A stretch of 64,000 bases of DNA from an uncultured Planctomycetaceae bacterium (GCA_963785305.1 CAWAUV010000007.1:704001-768000), one strand, 5' to 3'. Shown: positions 45,697 to 57,147, numbered from the stretch's first letter. Program-made: numbers and translations. The notes: generated from the letters alone by a model not told the origin.

Positions 45697-46851
45697 TCAA
45701 CGCACTTCAAGCATCCGCTCCAGCGCCACGCGCGACCAGCCGGCGGTTTCATCGTCGACCCGAATCACATTCACCGGGTCGCCCGCCGCCAGCCGCTCCA
45801 GGCACCAGCACAAGTGCGCCAGGTCGATGCGATACATCGTGGCGCACATGCAGACGACCGGCGATAGGAAGTGAATCTCCTGTTCGGGATGTTCACGCTT
45901 GAGCCGATTGACCAAGTGCAACTCGGTGCCGATCGCCCACTTGGTTCCCGCCGGCGCCGACTCGATCTCGCGAATGATCTTGCCGGTCGAACCTTGAATG
46001 TCGGACTTATCGACTACTTCCATCGGGCACTCGGGATGCACGAGAATCTTGATGCCCGGCGTCGTGGCGCGAAATCGATCGACATGCTCTGGGCGAAACA
46101 TGCCATGCACGCTGCAATGCCCGCGCCAGAGCAGCACCTTGCTTCGGGCAATCGCCTCCGGCGTGTTTCCGCCGAGCTCCAGGCTCGGATCCCAAACCGG
46201 CATCGCGTCGAGCGAGATTCCCATCGCCTTGGCCGTGTTGCGTCCGAGATGCTGGTCGGGAAAGAAGAGTACCCGAGCGGTGCGGGCAAAGGCCCACTTC
46301 AACACCGCCGCCGCATTGCTCGAAGTGCATACAATTCCGCCATGCCGCCCGCAAAATGCCTTGAGACTGGCGGCCGAATTGATGTAGGTGACCGGTGTGA
46401 TGTCGGCGGTGTCGATCACATCGCCGAGCTCATCCCAGGCGGCTTCCACCTGCTCGATCGCGGCCATGTCGGCCATCGAGCAGCCCGCCGCCAAGTCGGG
46501 CAGCACCACGGCGACCCGCTCGCCGCCGCGAGAGGCCAAGCGTTCGGGCCGGTTAGCGAGAATATCGGCGGTCTCGGCCATGAAATGCACGCCGCAAAAC
46601 GCGATGGCGCGGCAATCGCCGCTCTCGGCGGCCATTTTGCTGAGCTGGTAGCTATCGCCGCGCAGATCGGAAAGCGCGATGACCTCATCTTGCTGATAAT
46701 GATGCCCCAGCACCAAAAGGCGCGGTCCAAGCGATTGGCGCACCGCTTCGATCCGCTCGACGAGCGTCGCATTGTCGAGCGAGCGGTAGGGACGAAAATC
46801 CTCGGCGCCGCCCCCGGGCGTTGAACAAGCGTGGACATATCGATTCGCCAA
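45697..46851 (-). CDS. nadA: Quinolinate synthase A
   Basis: LGHHYQ, FCGVHFMAETA, AGCSMADM, YINS, CTSSNA, CSVH, VHPEC, CMCATM; true start may be ATG 46838 with an early frameshift. Confidence 0.96.
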   Translation of the reverse strand: MANRYVHACSTPGGGAEDFRPYRSLDNATLVERIEAVRQSLGPRLLVLGHHYQQDEVIALSDLRGDSYQLSKMAAESGDCRAIAFCGVHFMAETADILANRPERLASRGGERVAVVLPDLAAGCSMADMAAIEQVEAAWDELGDVIDTADITPVTYINSAASLKAFCGRHGGIVCTSSNAAAVLKWAFARTARVLFFPDQHLGRNTAKAMGISLDAMPVWDPSLELGGNTPEAIARSKVLLWRGHCSVHGMFRPEHVDRFRATTPGIKILVHPECPMEVVDKSDIQGSTGKIIREIESAPAGTKWAIGTELHLVNRLKREHPEQEIHFLSPVVCMCATMYRIDLAHLCWCLERLAAGDPVNVIRVDDETAGWSRVALERMLEVR

Positions 46852-47189
46852 AGGAAATTAGAAATTAAAACGCGCCGCGGGCCGAGCGCGGCCTTGGCCG
46901 GTCGGCCGGCTTGCTCCTGGGCCAGCGGCATCCTACCATCATTATATCGGATCGCCTGGGCGGCGAAGCGCCGGGGCTCGCCCGTTTTGGGTGCGGAGTC
47001 CGTTTTTGAAGCGGGCCTGTTCACGCGGCCGGCGCCGGCATCCACGAATCGCCGGATTTGCTTCAACTCGCGGGCGGCCGCGAAGAAAAAACGGCCGCTA
47101 GCCGATTGGCGGTCGGCGTGGCGGAGCATACATTGAGTAAAAGAAAGCGCGATCGACTCGACCGACTGCGACGCAGGAACCGCTGGGCC

Positions 47190-48040
47190 ATGAATTGCGA
47201 CCGGGTTTTCGCCGTGCTCACACGAGGGCCGTTTCCCACGGGCGACCCCTCGGACGAAGCCGTCGAGACACATCTCGCTCGGTGCGCCGAATGTCGCCGG
47301 TTGGCCGAGGCGCTGCGACCCGCCGCCCGGCTCAAGGACGAGCGCGGTCTCCGAGCCCCGGAAATGATCGGCCGCATGGTCGAAGAGATCGTGGGCGCCG
47401 AGGAACGGCGAATGCTTCCCGGCTACTGGGGCGACGCGGGCAGTGAAGAAGCCGGCGCTCTGTTGGCCCGTTTTTCCGATGGCGATCGCCCCGGCGCGGG
47501 TTCCGCGGGGCCGACGAGCATCGCCGGTTCGATGGCTCGCGGACCGAGGACCGCTTCGGCCAGCCGCGGCGTTTTTCGCCACCCGCGAATTTGGATCATG
47601 GGCGCTGCCGTGGCGTTGGGACTCGCTTTGGGCGCTTCGTTTCGCTACTTAGGCAGCCTGGATGATCCGCCGCTCTGGGGCGGCGCCGGGCATCGTGTTC
47701 TACCGGTGAATGCCGACCGAGGCGCGGGCGTCGACAATTCGCGCCTGCTCTCGACGACGCGTCAATTGATCGCCGCCCAACATTTGCCCGCCGCTTGCCG
47801 GGTTTGGCCCTTGCCGGGCATTGCTCCGTGCGCGAGCGAGTCACTCAGACGCCGACTGGGCCGGGCATTAAGCACTCGCTCGCCTCGTTTACCCAGCCGA
47901 GCGAACATCAGGCTTGCTGCACGCATTGCCATCACGCGGGCGCTGGCATTGAAATCCCGCGGTCGGCCGGCACCGCCGTGAGAAACAATTGCAAGTTCTG
48001 CCACGGCGACATACCGTGCGCCGCCACCGACACATGGTGA
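47190..48040 (+). CDS. Membrane protein with N-terminal zf-HC2-like motif and two C-terminal CxxCH motifs (frameshift about 47800-47880)
   Basis: MNCD..HLARCAECRRL; TM 'IWIMGAAVALGLALGA'; CTHCH and CKFCH in ORF 47795..48040. Confidence 0.65.
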
Positions 48041-48059
48041 ACTGAAAACTAGAGCCGCC

Positions 48060-48910
48060 ATGCAAGTCGTCATCACCGCCGTCGGGCCCGATAATCGCGG
48101 CCTGGCCGATCCGATCGTGCATTACGTCACCGGGCTCGGCGCGAACATCACCGAAATCCAGATGTATGACCACGGGCAGATGGCGCTCTTCGCCATGTTG
48201 CTGCGCATGGAGCTCGAGCCGCGCGGTTCGAGGAGCTGCGGCCCGCTTTGGCCGAGGTGGGTCGCGACACCGGGCTCTCGGTGCGGGTGTGGTCGCCCGA
48301 GGAACGCGCCAGCCGGCCGCGGCTCGCGATTTGCGCCACGATTCGGCCCGAGCCGGCGCTCGCGTTGTTGCGCGCGATCCGCGACGGGCGAATTCGCGCC
48401 GAAGCCGCGGTCGTGATCGGCAATCGTCCGAATTGCCGCTATCTGGCCGAGCAGTTCAATGTCGAATGGCAAATGATCGGCAACGAGCACGGCGCCGCCG
48501 ACGATGATCGCCTGATCGACATTTGCGACGAGCGCCAGATCGATTACATCGTGCTCGCCCGCTATATGCGCATCTTGCCGGCCTCGAGCTGCTGGAAGTA
48601 CGCCGGCGGCCGAATCATCAATTTGCATCACGGACTTCTGCCCAGTTTTCCGGGCATGCGGCCTTATCACGAAGCGCATGCCTGCCACATGCTCACCTAT
48701 GGAGCCACGTGTCACTTTATCGTGCCCGAACTCGACGCGGGAAATCAGATCATCTATCAATCGACCTTCACCGTGGGCCATGGGATGAAGCTCGACGATA
48801 TCATGCTGCGGGGCCAGGAAGACAACGAGCCGCACTGCTTGGTCGAAGGCGTGCGGCGCGTGGTCGATCGCGAGGTCGCGCTGCATTTCCATCGGGTCGT
48901 GGCGCGGTGA
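48060..48910 (+). CDS. purU: Formyltetrahydrofolate deformylase, frameshift near 48225
   Basis: ACT-like 'GPDNRGL', VLARYMRIL, IINLHHGLLPSFPG, GATCHF, ELDAGNQII. Confidence 0.9.
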
Positions 48911-48995
48911 AGCGCGGGCCGGCGCTGTCGATGCGAAACGGCCGGCGAGCGCTCGTGCTCGTTCATGGCTGAAATGATGGATAATTCGGTTTGCG

Positions 48996-49085
48996 CGTGT
49001 GCCATGCCCACTGCCTTGAGTGGGCATGTTTTCAAATGCCCCGCGAAGTCCTCATGCCCACGCAGGGCCGTGGGCATGGCACACG
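48996..49085. repeat. Pair of inverted REP-like palindromes (BIME-like)
   Basis: CGTGTGCCATGCCCACTGCCTTGAGTGGGCATG ... CATGCCCACGCAGGGCCGTGGGCATGGCACACG. Confidence 0.85.
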
Positions 49086-49124
49086 GAACGAATCCAATCC
49101 ATCATTGCAGCCGTGACAAAGCAC

Positions 49125-49157
49125 TAGCAGCCTGATGAATATTTCAACAGGCTGCTA
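49125..49157. repeat. Palindrome TAGCAGCCTGATGAATATTTCAACAGGCTGCTA (dispersed family)
   Basis: Related copies at 8000-8014, 12393-12410 and 33959-33970. Confidence 0.8.
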
Positions 49158-49183
49158 CCGTGAAATTCCAGCTTCCGACTTCT

Positions 49184-50665
49184 TTAGCCCGCGGCGGGTC
49201 GGGCCACCGCCGGTTGGGCCGGTTTGCCACCGGGCTTCGTGAGACCGTGGCGCTGGATCACGCTCTCCGGCTCCACCTGGGCGCCTTGGTCGTGCGTGCG
49301 CTCGATCCAGTCGTCGAGCGCGGTGCGCAGCCGCTCGAGCGTCGCTTGGTGTTCGGGCGAGTTGACCAGATTGTTAACCTCATGGGGATCGGTTTCCAGA
49401 TCGTACAGCTCTTCAGGCGCCATGCTCGGATCACACAGCCTCCGCTGCTCGGGTGTGAGCTTCCCGGTGTCGGCGAGCGAACGCATCGCCGCGATTACCG
49501 GGTAGCTCTGATCCTTGTAGCCATTGGGGCTCAAGAAGGGCCGCTCCGGAGTAAAATTGCGGATATAGCGGTAGCGGGCATCGCGCACCGTGCGAATGCG
49601 GAAATACGTTTCGTCGCAGCGGTCGCGGCCGCCGAAAACATATTCCCGCGGCGGATCGGCCGTGGAACCCAGGAACACGCGGCCTTCCATGCCTTCGGGC
49701 CGCGGCTGGCCGGCGATCGCGAGCATCGTGGGCAGGAAATCGATCGCCGCGATCAGCCGATTGTCGACCGTGCCCGGCTCGAAGCCTCGCGGCGTGGGAA
49801 ACGCTTTCGGCCAGCGAATGATGAGCGGAATATGGAGGCCGGTTTCATAGCACCATTGCTTGCCCCGGGCTTGCGATTGTCCATTGTCGCCGAAGAACAC
49901 GATCACCGTCGAGTCGGCCAGCCCGTCGGCCGTGAGTTGATCGAGCACCCGGCCGACCTTGTGGTCTAGCTCCGTGGCCGAGTCGAGATACGCGGCCCAG
50001 TCCTTGCGCACTTCGAGAGTGTCGGGATAATACGGCGGCAATTTCACTTTCGCCGGGTCGGCATGGCCGGCGCCGTGATAGGGGCGATGGGTCTCGTCGA
50101 AGTTGAGTTGGGCGTAGAAGGGTTGATGCTTGGCGAGATCGTTCCAATCGTGGGAATCAAACGGATCGGCCGCGTGGGTGAAGTTCCAGTCGACTTTGCC
50201 CATGCCTGGAAAGCCAACCGTGGGCGGCATCTTTTTCAGATTGGCCGTGTAATAACCGGCGTCGTGCATCCAATCGGTGATCGGTCGCACTCCGCGGGGC
50301 AGCGTGAAACCATCGTCGCGATGCGAGCGGTGATTGTGTGCGCCGATCGTGGTTTGATACATGCCGGTGCAAAAGGCCGAGCGGCTGGGCGAACAGACCG
50401 GGCAAGTGGTGTATGCCTTGGTATATCGCACCCCTTCCGCGGCCAGCCGGTCGAGCCGCGGAGTCGAGACTTGCGTCTCGCCGTAGCAGCCGAGCTCGAC
50501 GCCCAAATCCTCGGCGATCAGCCACAGGATATTCGGACGCGCGGCCTTCGTGGCGGGCGAATTCTCCGCGGCCACGAGGCGTGGCGACACCGGAGTGCCA
50601 GCAAGCAGCAGAACCGCGACCAACAACAGCTTGCAAACAACTCTCGATCCGCGAATGTCGCTCAT
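49184..50665 (-). CDS. Exported sulfatase (formylglycine-dependent)
   Basis: PNILWLIAEDL, CSPSRSAFCTG, FFGDNG, RGKQWCYE, ELYDLETDPHEVNNL. Confidence 0.95.
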   Translation of the reverse strand: MSDIRGSRVVCKLLLVAVLLLAGTPVSPRLVAAENSPATKAARPNILWLIAEDLGVELGCYGETQVSTPRLDRLAAEGVRYTKAYTTCPVCSPSRSAFCTGMYQTTIGAHNHRSHRDDGFTLPRGVRPITDWMHDAGYYTANLKKMPPTVGFPGMGKVDWNFTHAADPFDSHDWNDLAKHQPFYAQLNFDETHRPYHGAGHADPAKVKLPPYYPDTLEVRKDWAAYLDSATELDHKVGRVLDQLTADGLADSTVIVFFGDNGQSQARGKQWCYETGLHIPLIIRWPKAFPTPRGFEPGTVDNRLIAAIDFLPTMLAIAGQPRPEGMEGRVFLGSTADPPREYVFGGRDRCDETYFRIRTVRDARYRYIRNFTPERPFLSPNGYKDQSYPVIAAMRSLADTGKLTPEQRRLCDPSMAPEELYDLETDPHEVNNLVNSPEHQATLERLRTALDDWIERTHDQGAQVEPESVIQRHGLTKPGGKPAQPAVARPAAG

Positions 50666-50825
50666 GGTGGCCTCTGACGCTTGCGCTCGCGACTGCGCAA
50701 GCCGCATGGCTTGCCATGAAGTCGCCGGAGCGGAAATGCGCGAAACAGCCTCGTCGGGCCGCCCGCGAGTCGCCATTGTACTTCATCGCCTCGGCCGCCG
50801 CCAAAAGGATCGCCCCCAGCTCGCT

Positions 50826-51205
50826 TTAACCACGGCGCGAGTACAACGGCGTCAACAGCCAATCGGCTTCGAGCGGTTTCGAGAGATAGAGATCCGGCCC
50901 ATTCGCGCGGGCCATGATTTCGATCTGCTCGTCGTATTCATCATTCACCAGCGCCACCGTGCTCCTGGGAAACACCACCGCAGCATCTCCAGCAGGTCCG
51001 TGCCCGACATATCGGGTAGATGGATATTCACGACCCACAAATTCGGCGGTGTCGAAGCGTCGCAGCGGAGCGCGTCGCGACCGGCGCCGAAAAATTGGAA
51101 TCGCAGTTCCGTGTCCGAGGTCTCATGCATCAGATTGGCATAGTCCTCGGCGCGAGCATCCACCACATGCACGAGGCGAAAATCCTTCGCTGCCGCGATC
51201 ATCAT
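50826..51205 (-). CDS. Atypical single receiver-domain protein (copy 1), frameshift near 50965
   Basis: HVVD, LWVVNIHLPDMSG, then VALVNDEY..LYLSKPLEADWL in the next frame. Confidence 0.75.
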
Positions 51206-51430
51206 TGGCATCCCTCCGTCGTTGTGAGTAGGAACTGAATTCCTGCCGCTCTCGATGCCCGGTGGCGCCATCCCCGAGAAGCGGCGTCTCGAACCAACTG
51301 CCGCGAACCGCCCGCCCTCCTGGCGGGGATCATGCGCTCGCCGCGGCGTGCGCCTCGATCGTTGCGCGAGCCGCCACATCAAGTTTCACTTGCTCAATTT
51401 CCGATCGTCGCGATGCGAACTTGCCGGCCC

Positions 51431-54383
51431 TTAAATGCCTTGCAATGCTAGGCGGCCCGCCGATCGGCGCCCCCGCGGATTGCGAAAGCGAATCAGCCAA
51501 ATGGCGATTCCGGCCGCGGCCATCGCAGTGAGCGCCACGGTGCTAGGCTCGGACACGGCGGTGACCGTGAGCGTCACCGCGCCCCCGGCATAGTTATAAT
51601 TGACCATGTAGCTGTTCGTGCCATCGGTGATCGTGGCGCCGTTCGCCAGACCAGCGAACGTCGTTCCCGAGGGAAGCGTCGCCGCCGAAAGAATCGTGAG
51701 CACGTTGCCCAGCGTTTGCGGCGCGCCCGTGGGATCGCTCACCAGGAGCGTCGCCCCGCTGATCGACGCCGTTCCTCCGGGCACATAGAGCTCGCCGGTC
51801 GCGCTCCCGTTGGTCACGATGCTCAGTTCACCCGTTCCCGAGGCCAGGGTGACACCGCCGCCATTGACGGTCAATTCTCCCGGAATGGCGGGCGAGGCGC
51901 CCGGGGCGATGATGCCCTTGTCGAGCGCGAGTCCCGAGGCCGTGATCGATTCGCTGGCGCCGAGATAAATCGTGCCCGAGCCGCCCAGCGTCGCCGGGCC
52001 GGCGGCGCTGCCCGTGATCGTGTAATTGGAATTGATCGACGTCGTCGCGCTGCCGTGGGTTCCATCGACGTATAGCTCGCCGCCGTTCACGCTCGTGGGT
52101 CCCGAGTAATAATTCGCCCCACTGAGGGTCAGCGCGCGGTGTTGCCGCTCGCGAGCGTCAAGCTCAAGTTATCCGTGTCGCCGGCCAGGAGCGTGCCGAT
52201 CGGCGCCGCGAACGTCATGGCGCTCCCGGTGGTGTTGACGACGGTGATCGCGCTGCCGGAAGAAGCGTTGCTGTTGACCAAACCGTCTGCGGTCTGCCCG
52301 GTGGCGATGTTGGTCGAGAGACTGGAGACCGTGATGCTATTGCCATTTAAATCGAGTTGACCATAGGACTGACCCGCCAAGCCATTGCCAAACGTGAGCG
52401 CGGTCCCGCTGGGCAGCGACACGCCGGGACCCAGTTGATTGATGCTACCCGAATTGCTCTCGATGTATGTGTTGCCCGTGTATGTGAGCGGGCCATTGAA
52501 GATCGTGGTTCCCTTTCCACCGGGCGCATTGGAGTTGGCGATCGTCACATCCGAGGCGCCGCTGATTCCGCCATTGACGGTGAGCGTGTAGGCCTTGGTG
52601 GCGCCGATAAAGGTATTGAAAGTCCCGCCCACATTGCTCGAGTTCAACACGATGTTGTTGTCGATGACGACATTGCCCGCGCCGCTGTTCGCTTCGATCA
52701 CGGCGCCGCTCGCCGCCACCTGCACCAAGCCGCCGCCGCTGATAATGCCGGGCGAGCCCGCCGGCGCCTCCGATCAGGTCGAGTTGCATCGGGGCGTTGA
52801 TCGTGAGGTTGCCGACGAATTGGCCGGCGGTGGTGGGCAGTGTTTCGGTCATCGAGGGAAAGGAACTGTTCGTGGGCGTCAATTCCAAGTTGCCGCCCGC
52901 CGCCGTGATGGCCAAGGGACCGATGGCGGCGCCGAAAGTTCCACTCAGGTTCAAGGTCCCGCTCCCGGCGAGCGTGAGGCCAGCGCTGCTGGTGGCCGTG
53001 AGCCCGCCGGTGTAGGTGACGGTTTGTCCGGTCGCGCCGAAGTCAACCGTGCTCGTGGCGGTCAGCGTGATGCCGCGAGTCGAGGGCGAAGCGTCGTAGT
53101 TGCTCGCGAACTGCAGTGTGCCGCCGCCCAAAGTGACGCCGGCGCCGGCCGCGCCGCAAACCCGCGTCACCGGCGGTTCCGGTGTTCAACGTGCCGGCGT
53201 TGATGTATGTTCCGCCGCTGTAGCTGTTGGCGCTGTCGAGCACCAGCGTGCCGCCGACGCCCGAGACCGTGAGCGAACCGATGCCGGTGATTGCCCCGCC
53301 ACTGAACGTATAGGTTCCCGAGGTGTTGTTCACGGTCGTCGAGTAGGGATTGACGCCTGCGCCCGTGATCGTAACCGGTCCGACGCCCGTATTGCCGAAG
53401 GTCACGGCGTTCGTGCCATTGCTGGTGAAAGTGGCGCTCGACCCGCCGTTAAGCCAGTTCGCGGTGGTCGTGTCCCAAGTTCCACCGGCGCCCGACGCGT
53501 TCCACGTCAGATTGGCGGCCGCGACGACGCTGGGCGTGATCGAGAGATTCGTGATCCCCAGGCCCGAAGCTCCACCAGAATCCTGTTCGGTCCAATCCAC
53601 GACCAAGTAGGTTCCGGGCGCCCAGGAAAAACCGGAAATGGCGCCTGAAAGACTGGCCTGATCTCCCGCGGGAGGCGCCGCATTCGAGCCGGAGACGGTC
53701 GCGCTGGCGCTGCCGGTGGTGGGAGATGTGAAGTTCAAACCCGAGGGACCAGGGGTGAACGTGCCCGAGGTGATGCTTGACGGCAAGGTCGACGCGATTT
53801 GATAGCTCAAGTTCATCGCTTGCGTGCCGTTGGCCCACCACTCTTGACCGGTATAGGCGATATTGGCCGAGCCGTATGTATTGGCGGTGTTGTTATACAG
53901 CACCACGCCGACCGTCACCGTGCCGGTCGAACTGGTCATCAGGCCGCCCACGGCATTTACTTGGCTGCTCGCCGCGGGATTAACGAAGTTGTAGATGTAT
54001 CCGGTCGTGCCGCCGGGAATGCCGGTCGCGATTTTGAACGTCGACGATGTGGTTAGCTTCGACTCACTGCCATACCACCCATTGACGTTCGAGCTTGCCG
54101 TGTCCGAGACACCGAACAGGGTGTCCAAATTAAAAGAGGGGCCCGAGCCGCTCACGGTTGGCGCGGTGGTTCCCAAGCTCGAGAAGTTTTGCGTATAGGC
54201 GCCGCCCGAATAGGTCGCGTAGTTGTTCGACTGGGCCTGGGCGCGACCCATTCCCCAGCCAAAGCCGGACAGCGCAAGGGCGACGACAATCCTCGCCACC
54301 CGCCACCGGCGGCCGGACCCCTTGCAATTGGCGCGGCAATTGGCCCTTGGCCACGGACAACAAGCGGATTTGGATGCATGCAC
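51431..54383 (-). CDS. Autotransporter-associated beta-strand repeat protein with PEP-CTERM-like tail (three frameshifts)
   Basis: Signal ending AQA; 'ANSYSGGTYINAGTL', 'TYTGNTYI', 'TLGGSGTI'; tail VSEPSTVALTAMAAAGIAIWLIRFR; pieces 53043..54398, 52445..53170, 52129..52728, 51431..52090. Confidence 0.85.
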
Positions 54384-54726
54384 TGGCGTTTCTCCCAAGT
54401 TCTCTATCAGGAATTAAACTTTCGCGCGACCCACGGAACCCGGGGGACTCGCGAGAAATGTGATTGGCTTCGCACTTCCTAGAACCACGAATACCTTAGT
54501 CAGCGACGATGAGTCTTTAATGAGCAAGTTGTTATTTAGCAAAGAGTTTTCGAGCACGGGCAACGCGGTTGCTTGTCCCGAAATCGACCACCATGTTGCG
54601 CGGGTTATTGAAACGGCGGGCTGCCTCGTGTCGCGAGTCATGAATATGTGGATTGCATGAGGACTACGTTGTTTGCATGAGGGCCGCGTTAGATTTCCAT
54701 TGGCGGCGCCGAAGGCCCCTGCCGGC

Positions 54727-55108
54727 TCATGGGCCAAACCGCGCCAGCATCGGCATCAATAGCCAATCGGCTTCGAGCGGTTTCGAGAGATAGATATCCG
54801 GCCCATTCGCGCGAGCCAGCATCTCGGCTCGCGCGTCGTATTCGTCGCTCACGAGCGCTATCAGCGCCGGGAAATCGCCACCGCAACATCGCCATCAGGT
54901 CGGCGCCCGACATGTCGGGCAAGCGCAGGTTGACCACCCACGAATCGGGCGGCGATGCATCATTGTGCGAGAGCGCTTGGCGCCCGCTCGAGAACATCGC
55001 CAGTCGCAAGCCCGCATCGGTTGCTTGGGCTTCGAGATGGGCATAGTCCTCGATGCGCGCATCGACGACATGCGCCAAGCAACATTCTTTCGCCGCGACG
55101 ATCATCAT
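54727..55108 (-). CDS. Atypical single receiver-domain protein (copy 2), frameshift near 54865
   Basis: GGAGG RBS; HVVD, SWVVNLRLPDMSG, then IALVSDEY..IYLSKPLEADWL. Confidence 0.75.
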
Positions 55109-55330
55109 GTGCGAATCCTCCCCTGGCGTCGGAAGACGCGGCGCCTTCGAAGGCAGTTCTCCACGCGCCGTTCCTCTGCTTCTCCTGGCCGCATCACCTG
55201 GGCGGGGCCAACATAGCGGCTCAAAATTCATGTGCGATGAGCGGCGCGCTAATGCCCGACGAATTTTCCGCGAGCGAATTTTGAGCGAAAGCGTGGCAAA
55301 TCGTCGCGGCTGGCCGAATCGTCGCCGCTT

Positions 55331-55388
55331 GGCGAAAACTTCACCACGGCTTGGCGAAAACTTCGCCGCGAGGGCGAAAACGTTCGCC
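55331..55388. promoter_or_regulatory. Three tandem GGCGAA-AAC(G)-TTCRCC quasi-palindromes (operator-like)
   Basis: Copies start at 55331, 55353, 55373 in a divergent intergenic region. Confidence 0.55.
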
Positions 55389-55604
55389 GGGTCTTGATGA
55401 AGCTTCATCGCGCGTTGGTCAACATTTCGCCGCGCTTGCGCGCTTGCGTCCTCGCCGCATGGCGAAGAAGCGCATCAGTTGCTCTTTGATTGGCGACCAA
55501 CCCCCGGGAGATCGCGATCGTTGGGCTCTTGTACTCGCGCCTTGGGAATGTCATTCTGACATTGCCGCTTGTTTGATTTCTTTTCTTTGCCCGAGGGGTT
55601 TGTC

Positions 55605-56763
55605 ATGTCTTCGAAACATTATCGCGCCATCGCGCTTGCGCTTTCGTTGATTGGTTCGCTCATTGCCTCGAAGCCATTGTTTGCTCAAAGCGCGCCCGCC
55701 GCGGCGGAGCGGCCGAGTGCCGGCGCGAAGCCAACCGCCCGGGAGATCGACGCCGCCATCGCCAAGGGAATCGACTATTTGGTGACCAAAGGTCAATCGT
55801 CCGACGGCGCTTATAGTTCCCGCGCCGGCGGCGCGATCACGGCCCTGGCCGTGGCGGCGATCTTACAAAACGGCCGCGGCGCCGACGACCCGCGGCTCTC
55901 GAAGAGCCTCAAGTTGATCGAGGGCTATGTGCATCCCGATGGCGGCATTTATAGCGAGAAGTCGCGCATTCCGAACTACGAGACTTGTGTCGCGCTCGTG
56001 GCCCTGGCCGCCGCGAACAAAGACGGCCGCTACGACAAGATCATCGCCAGCGCCGAAAAATACGCCAAGGGCCTCCAGTGGGATCAGACCGAGGGCGTCG
56101 ACAAGTCGGACGTGAACTACGGCGGCGTGGGCTACGGCAAGGAATCGGCGCCCTGATCTCTCGAACACCGCGTTTCTGCTCGAAGCGCTCGAATCGGCGG
56201 GCGACAAGGGTTCCGACGAAGCGGTGCAAAAGGCGATTATCTTCGTCTCGCGCTGCCAGAATCTGGAGTCGGAGCACAACACGACCAAGTTCGCCGCCAA
56301 AGACCCCGACGGCGGATTCTTCTACACGCCCGCCGCCGGCGGCTCGAGCCCCGCGGGCAAGAACGACGAAGGCGCCTTGCGAAGCTACGGTTCGATGACC
56401 TACGCCGGGCTCAAGAGCCTGCTGTTCGCCGGAGTGACGAAAGACGACCCGCGCGTCATGGCGGCGCTCGAGTGGTTGGCGAAGCATTACACGCTGAGCG
56501 AGAATCCGGGCATGGGCCAAAACGGGGTGTACTATTACTATCATCTGATGGCCAAATCACTGTCCGCGCTTGGCGAGAAGGAATTCAAGGATTCGAGCGG
56601 CAATCGGCACGATTGGCGCGAGGAACTGGCGACCGAACTGCTCAAGCGCCAGCGGCCCGACGGCTCTTGGGTCAATGAGAGCCGGCAATGGATGGAAGGC
56701 GACCCGAACCTTTGCACATCGTTTGCACTGTTGGCGCTGGGGTATTGTCGCGACGGAAAATGA
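55605..56763 (+). CDS. Exported prenyltransferase/squalene-cyclase-repeat protein, frameshift near 56150
   Basis: [53 protein letters not shown]. Confidence 0.88.
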
Positions 56764-56902
56764 TATGCCAGCAAGAAATTCGCGGGGCGCCGCGCTATGC
56801 CCCATGCCCGCGATTGTCGTGGTCATGAGCGATGGAGGGCACGCCGCCGCGAGCTGGGGCATGTCGACCGCGGATGTGTCGATGCGACGATCCGACAATG
56901 CG

Positions 56903-56936
56903 CCCCCTCTCCCTCTGGGAGAGGGTAGGGTGAGGG
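56903..56936. repeat. REP-like palindrome CCCCCTCTCCCTCTGGGAGAGGGTAGGGTGAGGG
   Basis: CCCTCTCCC-TCT-GGGAGAGGG hairpin plus GGGTGAGGG tail. Confidence 0.7.
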
Positions 56937-57147
56937 CTCGCCGAAGTTTGCGGATAGCCTCCGAAATCGCTTGGCAAGGAGACAGAGACGATCGCGCCGT
57001 GCGCATCGTGGTCGCCGCCGTTCTCAAACCCACGGACGCGTGCGGCGCTCAAACAGGCGCGGCGAACCAGCCAGCGACCGACTCGCAATGGGTGAGTGCC
57101 TGGAAATGGCCCCTATCACAAGCACAAGCGCCGTTTGGCCACTTCGG

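Noticed and set aside
55605..56763. Squalene-hopene cyclase or terpene cluster
   Set aside because: Too short, has a signal peptide, no DXDD motif seen and no hpn genes nearby.
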